Assembly (NCBI GenBank): GCA_009914755.4
Contig: CP068257.2
Coordinates: 25,728,001-25,792,000, forward strand
Source: the human T2T-CHM13v2.0 reference genome, Homo sapiens
DNA: 64,000 nucleotides
Direction: 5' to 3'
Part shown: piece by piece, positions 58,501-64,000 of the stretch
Position numbering within the stretch: position 1 is the first letter of the stretch
Layout: each line of letters starts with the position of its first letter
Notes under the pieces: generated by a model
Seen by the model: the letters and a program-made list of their open reading frames with translations, nothing else
What the model was told of the DNA's origin: nothing
The model's database searches: none
Program-made: the position numbers and the translations under genes

Positions 58501-58590
58501 GTGAATCTATATCTATACCACATTTTGAATGGAACTTGTAGTTTCTTTTAACTATTGATTAAAAAGTTAGAATTAAATGCGAAAAGTAAA

Positions 58591-58650
58591 CGTATATATG
58601 ATGTATACATGTATGTATGATGTTTGTATATATGTATACATATATATAAT
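58591..58650. repeat. (TATG/TATA)n simple repeat
   Basis: The repeat reads cgtatatatgatgtatacatgtatgtatgatgtttgtatatatgtatacatatatataat. Confidence 0.85.
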
Positions 58651-59149
58651 AATGTGAGTGCCATTTTAAAAGATTGTCTCTAAATATTGGGTCGTGTTAC
58701 AAAGTAAACCTCAAGGAATTAGAAGTAAACATTTAAGACAGGCCGCACAATTAAATTTTGTATCTTTATTTTAGTGACTAAATATCTTGCTTCACAGCTT
58801 TCCAGCCTTAGTAAATGGGTGGTTGATTCAAGCTAAATTCAACATATTTAAATTTAAATTTCTTATCACAGAGCCATCTTTGTTTATCCTATTTTCTCCC
58901 ACTCACTATTTTGTGCTTTGTAATTACTTACTACAGGAAACTGCACCTAATATGTATGGTACTTTATACAACTGAGTACTTTCTACCAAATCCCGTGAAT
59001 GAAGCCAGGTTCTATTTATCTTCAATTACATAACTTAGGAAATATGAGGGATATTTTATATCTTCTACCAATTTATATTATTCCATCCATTCCTTCATTC
59101 AGCAAATACCCATTGAGTGCCTATGATTTGTCAGTGTTATGTTTCTGTG

Positions 59150-59345
59150 TCTTAATTTTCTTCAAAATATTTTGGTTCATGCAGAGTCGGAGCCTCACCA
59201 GACACCAAACCTGCCAGCATCTTGATCTTGGACTTCTCAGCCTCTAGAACTGTGAATAATAAATTTCTACTATTTATAAATCACTCTGTTTTTGGTGATT
59301 TATTATAGCTACATATGGTTAATACAGATGGACTAAGATATTCAT
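59150..59345 (+). mobile_element. MaLR (MLT1-like) LTR, 3' portion
   Basis: cagcatcttgatcttggacttctcagcctctagaactgtgaataataaatttctactatttataaatcactctgtttttggtgatttattatagctacatatggttaatacagatggactaagata matches the MaLR LTR terminus ..cttggacttc.cagcctccagaactgtgagaaataaatttctgttgtttataagccacccagtctatggtattttgttatagcagcc..gactaagaca. Confidence 0.55.
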
Positions 59346-60033
59346 GTTTACCCTGCTTCAGATAGAGAATTTTGGTGAATAGATTGTAAACTGAAGGAAG
59401 ACTTTAGAGTCAAAAACGGAACCAGCGTGGGTCAATACTGTGAGTTGAGTTGATTTGGGCTTGAATACAAACCACCCTTCCAAAGGTGAGGTCAGGTGCA
59501 CTCTCAGAGCCCCTCAGTTGAATATCATCCTGTGGCCCAACTCCAGAAGGAGACCTTTAATCCTCCCCAAGAAATCTGGGACAAGGGAAAAAAACAAAAA
59601 GGAAAAATCCATATTTTCAAACTTTTTACAAGTGACCTCTGATTTCCCCTTACTTTTCACATTCATTCATTTTTCTAGGTAGATCTAACAAATTACTTGT
59701 CAAAAATAAATCAGCAGTCAATAGTGCTAATTTAATGGCTGCATATTTACAGTCAACGTATGAGTTGAGATTTCCCTTATCATTCAGTTTATGGTCCTAA
59801 AAGTCTTTTTAAAGATATGCCACATAGTAAAATTGAAGATTGTTCTCTTTAGGGATGCAAATATGTAGAAAAGGTAAACAGAGTTCCCTTTTCAGTGAAA
59901 ACTAGCCAGAAATAAAGCAAGTACTAATAATATACAAGAGCAGATTAACTCAAAGGTAGGTTTGTACCAGTCAGTTAAGTAGAAGTCATATTATCTGACT
60001 TTATCATTCTTCCCTCTAAGGATGTGGCGACAA

Positions 60034-60113
60034 ATATATATATATATTAGCTTGTTTAACACACATATATATATACACATATGTGTGTGTGTATATATAT
60101 ATTTAGTGTGTGT
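60034..60113. repeat. (TA)n/(TG)n compound microsatellite
   Basis: The repeat reads atatatatatatatattagcttgtttaacacacatatatatatacacatatgtgtgtgtgtatatatatatttagtgtgtgtg. Confidence 0.9.
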
Positions 60114-60369
60114 GATGGGTAATCGTATGTGTCAATTTGACTGAATTAATGGATGCCCGTATCACTGGTAAAATATTATTTCTGGGTGTGTTTGTGAGGA
60201 TATTCCCAGAAGAGATTAGCATTTGAATAGGTAGACTGAGTTAAAAAGATCTTCCCTCACTAATGTGGCTGTGGAGGGTGGGGTAGAGGGGGGCAGGGCA
60301 TCATCTAATCCATCCAGGGTCCACCAGAATAGAACAAAAAGGCAGAGAAGATGGATGTCCCAGCTCTCT

Positions 60370-60745
60370 CCTTGAGAGGATGAGATTATCATTGAAAATC
60401 TCTTCTTGAGCTGGGACATCCATCTTCTCCTGCTCTTGAACAGCTGAGTTCCTCCTTGTTCTCAAGCCTTTGGACACTAGGCCTTATGCTAACAGCATTC
60501 CTAGTATTCGTGACTTCAGTCTTGGACTGGGAATTATGCCATCAGTTCCCCTGGTTCTCAGGCCTTTGAACTCTGACTGAATTACTTCACCAGCTTTCCT
60601 GGTTCTCCAACTTGCAGATGGTAGATCGTGGAACTTCTTGACCTCCATAATCATGTGAGCCAATTCCCATAATAAATCTCCTCTATATATCTATATATAT
60701 CCTATTGGTTCTGTTTCTCTGGAGAATCCTGACTAATAAAGTATG
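60370..60745 (+). mobile_element. MaLR (MST/THE1/MLT1-type) LTR
   Basis: ..gcctttggacactaggccttatgctaacagc..cttggactgggaattatgccatcagttcccctggttctcaggcctttgaactctgactgaattacttcaccagctttcctggttctccaacttgcagatggtagatcgtggaacttcttgacctccataatcatgtgagccaattcccataataaatctcctctatatatctatatatatcctattggttctgtttctctggagaatcctgactaata follows the MaLR LTR consensus closely. Confidence 0.6.
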
Positions 60746-62246
60746 CACACCAGCTTGCTCCATATTTATTCCCTTTGCACAGTTCATGCTGAACAGAGCT
60801 TCTTTAACTCTAATGTGGAAGAATTTCAAAGTGCTTAATGATTTACAAAAAATGCATTGTGCTGACATTACAGTGGCCAAAATTTTTCCCAGTTCTCATA
60901 GACTCAAGGCCAAGAAAATCTCACTGGTGTGATTAGAAATGAAAGGAAATTCTTAGAATCACTAAATAGTTGAAAAAGTATAGACCTGCTGGATTGTCGT
61001 TGCCCCTGTGAGTCACATTTCTATAATTAGGTCAGCATGCAGTTCTAAAAAAAATGGAGACAACTCAAATAAAATAAAATAAAGGCTTGAAGGAAGTTGG
61101 CTTGTGCAGAACACCAACTCACATGATTTTAATGTTCACACTATAAAGTAAATCAATGTTTGCACAAGCTGTAGGAAAAATTGTTAAATAACCACTCTAA
61201 AGAAGGCAATCTAGACATACAATTATGTGTGCCATTATTGAAGGGGTTAACCAGGGACCCAATCTGGGGGCCTTGAAGAGAAGTGAAAAATAGAATTCTC
61301 CAAGAATCAAACACACAGAATGGAAACATACAGTTCCCATTTGTATTAATTATGACTTTTTTGGTTGCAAGCAACAGATTCTTCTTATAGCTTGTTTAAC
61401 TACCGTAGGGGATATGGTATAATAACACAAGGTTGCCACACATGGATAGGGATGAATCTGGGCTCCTGAAGAGATTTGAATCAGTGGCTAAGGTTAAAAG
61501 TTAAAATGTAAAATAGACATATATGAGTGCATCTATGAAGTAGTGAGATTAGACAGATGAATTTATGAGTTTTCGATTTGTTAGATTGAAAACATAAATT
61601 TGGGTATCTGTAAAGCCATAAAACTGTACAGGATTAACTCAGGAGAGTATTTAGATGGAGAATAAAAATGATTAAGTTCTGTGTGCTGAGGTCCTCCATC
61701 ATTTTGGGCTCAGAAAAAGGAGGATAATCTCACAAAGGAGATGAAGAGAGAGAAGTAGGTGAGATAGGAGAAAGGCTGAGAGGCTGAGATTTCCTGAAAA
61801 TCTAATGCAAAAAGTTTTCAAGAAGAAGGAAGTGATAAACGCTAACAACTACTGTATTGAAGTGGAGTGAATTGGGACTAAGAGTTTTGGGGTTAACAAG
61901 ATAGAAGTTTGTGAAAATTTCGACAATCACATTTTCAGTGGCATAAGGGACGTAAAAGCCTGGCTGGGGGCTTTAAATAAAATGGAAGTGGTGGCAGTCA
62001 AATATTGATTTCTTTTTGAGGATTTTTGCTACAAGAATGGGAGTTAGGTAATAGACAGAGAGAAATGTGGAACCAAGGGAATGTTTGTTTTTGGTTTTGG
62101 TTGTTGTTGCTCTTGCTTTGTGTATTATTTCTATTTTTAATAGAGGAGAGAGTAATGAGTATCTGTATGCTGTTAGAAGTGATCCAAGATAAAGAAAAAC
62201 CTAATTATGGAAGAGATAGAAGAGTCATTGCAAGAGTAAAGTTCTT

Positions 62247-62552
62247 GGCTGGGCGTGGTGGCTCACGCCTGTAATCCCAGCACTTTGGGAGGCTGAGGCG
62301 GGCGGATCACGAGGTCAGGAGATCGAGACCATCCTGGCTAACACGGTGAAACCCCGTCTCTACTAAAAATACAAAAAAAAAAAAAAAAATTAGCTGGGTG
62401 TGGTGGTGGGCGCCTATAGTCCCAGCTACTCAGGAGGCTGAGGCAGGAGAATGGCATGAACCCAGGAGGCAGAGCTTGCAGCGAGCTGAGATAGCGCCAC
62501 TGCCCTCCAGCCTGGGCGAGAGAGCAAGACTCCATCTCAAAAAAAAAAAAAA
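62247..62552 (+). mobile_element. Alu SINE, full length (AluY-like) with 15-bp TSD
   Basis: It begins ggctgggcgtggtggctcacgcctgtaatcccagcactttgggaggctgaggcgggcggatcacgaggtcaggagatcgagaccatcctggctaacacggtgaaaccccgtctctac and ends gcgagagagcaagactccatctcaaaaaaaaaaaaaaa. The TSD aagagtaaagttctt lies at 62232-62246 and 62553-62567. Confidence 0.95.
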
Positions 62553-62639
62553 AGAGTAAAGTTCTTAAGCTGATGAAAAGGTAAAGAATAAAAGGAAACA
62601 AGTGAGGAGGGAAAATGGGTCTGAGGAACAGGGAAGTAC

Positions 62640-64000
62640 TTCTTTTTATTATTATTATATTTTAAGTTCTAGGGTACATGTACACAACATGCAGGTTTGT
62701 TACACATGTATACATGTGCCATGTTGATGTGCTGCACCCATTAACTCGTCATTTACATTAAGTATTTCTCCTAATGCTATCCCTACCCACTCCCCCCACC
62801 CCACGACAGGTGTGTGATGTTCCCTGCCCTGTGTCCAAGTGTTCCCATTGTTCAATTCCCACCTATGAATGAGAACATGCAGTGTTTGGCCTTCCGTTCC
62901 TGTGACAGTTTGCTGAGAAGGATGGTTTCCAGCTTCATCCATGTCCCTACAAAGGACATGAACTCATCATTTTTTATGTCTCTATGGTATTCCATGGTGT
63001 GTATGTGCCACATTTTCTTAATCCAGTCTATCATTGATGGACATTTGGGTTGGATCCAAGTCTTTGCTGTTGTGAGTAGTGCCACAATAGTGGATTGGTT
63101 CCAAGTCTTTGCTATTGTGAATAGAGCTGCAATAAACATACGTGTGCATGTGTCTTTATAGCAGCATGATTTATAATCCTTTGGGTATATACCCAGTAAT
63201 GGGATTGCTGGGTCAAATGGTATTTCTAGTTCTAGATGCTTGAGGAATCGCCACAGTGTCTTCCACAATGGCTGAACTAGTTCACACTCCCACCAACACT
63301 GTAAAAGTGTTCCTGTTTCTCCAGCACCTGTTGTTTCCTGACTTTTTAATGATCGCCATTCTAACTGGTGTGAGATGGTATCTCATTGTGGTTTTGATTT
63401 GCATTTCTCTGATGGCCAGTGATGATGAGCATTTTTTCATGTGTCTGTTGGCTGCATAAATGTCTTCTTTTGAGAAGTGTCTGTTCATATCCTTTGCTCA
63501 CTTTTTGATGGGGTTGTTTGATTTTTTCCTGTAAATTTGTTTAAGTTCCTTGTAGATTCTGGATATTAGGCCTTTGTCAGATGGGGAGACTGCAAAAATC
63601 TTCTCCCATTCTGTAGGTTGCCTGTTCACTCTGATGGTAGTTTCTTTTGCTGTGCAGAAGCTCTTTAGTTTAATTAGATCCCATTTGTCAATTTTGGCTT
63701 TTGTTGCCATTGCTTTTGGTGTTTTAGTCATGAAGTCCTTGCCCACTCCTATGTCCTGAATGATATTGCCTAGGTTTCCTTCTAGGGTTTTTATGGTTTT
63801 AGGTCTAACATGTAAGTCTTTAATCCATCTTGAATTAATTTTTGTATAAGGTGTAAGGAAGGGATCCAGTTTCAGCTTTCTACACATGGCTAGCCAGTTT
63901 TCCCAGCACCATTTATTAAATAGGGAATCCTCTCCCCATTTCTTGTTTTTCTCAGGTTTGTCAAAGATCAGATGGTTGTAGATGTGTGGTATTATTTCTG
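62640..64000 (-). mobile_element. L1 LINE 3' end (young L1PA-type), ORF2 C-terminal region plus 3'UTR, truncated by the window edge
   Basis: The plus strand reads as near-consensus antisense L1: ttattattattatattttaagttctagggtacatgtacacaacatgcaggtttgttacacatgtatacatgtgccatgttgatgtgctgcacccattaactcgtcatttacattaagtatttctcctaatgctatccctacccactcccc ... ccacctatgaatgagaacatgcagtgtttggc ... ctttatagcagcatgatttataatcctttgggtatatacccagtaatgggattgctgggtcaaatggtatttctagttctagatgcttgaggaatcgccacagtgtcttccacaatggctgaactagttcacactcccaccaacactgtaaaagtgttcc. Minus-strand ORFs 63268-62852 and 63887-63498 translate to L1 ORF2 C-terminal sequence. Confidence 0.95.

Noticed and set aside
62852-63887. 138-aa and 129-aa minus-strand ORFs with clean protein-like composition
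   Set aside because: They are the C-terminal portion of L1 ORF2 (..IGIYPKDYKSCCYKDTCTRMFIAALFTIAKTWNQP.. and ..[45 protein letters not shown]..). They belong to the L1 element and are not host genes.

Overview
This window is primate nuclear DNA, almost certainly human or another hominoid. It is not a prokaryotic locus and it holds no new operon-style system. It looks like a gene-poor, AT-rich intergenic or deep-intronic stretch with no convincing cellular exon.

The evidence for the primate call is direct:
- At least 16 Alu SINEs are present, most with poly-A tails and target-site duplications (TSDs).
- Several L1 LINE 3' ends are present, including a young L1PA-type copy that runs off the right edge of the window.
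- Other interspersed repeats include an LTR-like element, a degenerate ERV pol fragment, MaLR-type LTRs, an L1MB-type tail, MaLR-like LTRs and a MIR-like fragment.
- Microsatellites and simple repeats are frequent, and CpG is strongly depleted throughout.

The only protein-coding homology I recognise outside transposon ORFs is an intronless, frameshifted retrocopy of ribosomal protein L10 at 51023-51799 on the minus strand, flanked by a 10-bp TSD.

Nearly every ORF in the supplied six-frame track is read through Alu, L1 or simple or tandem repeat sequence; the few outside annotated repeats (e.g. 20729-21091, 56333-56674) have no recognisable similarity. Prokaryote-style gene calling does not apply here.

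The structurally unusual points are listed as findings:
- a 60-bp perfect inverted repeat inside an old L1 remnant;
- a 45-bp inverted repeat bracketing the ERV pol fragment;
- an L1 insertion with the twin-priming inversion signature;
- two old local duplications, one of them dated by an Alu insertion;
- a roughly 530-bp degenerate minisatellite that stays open in several frames;
- a roughly 150-bp polypyrimidine (TTCC/TTTC)n tract.

Coordinates of older repeats are approximate. Family names for the oldest elements are given only where I recognise the sequence; the ~3835-4330 ancient repeat is omitted from the table because I could not name it.
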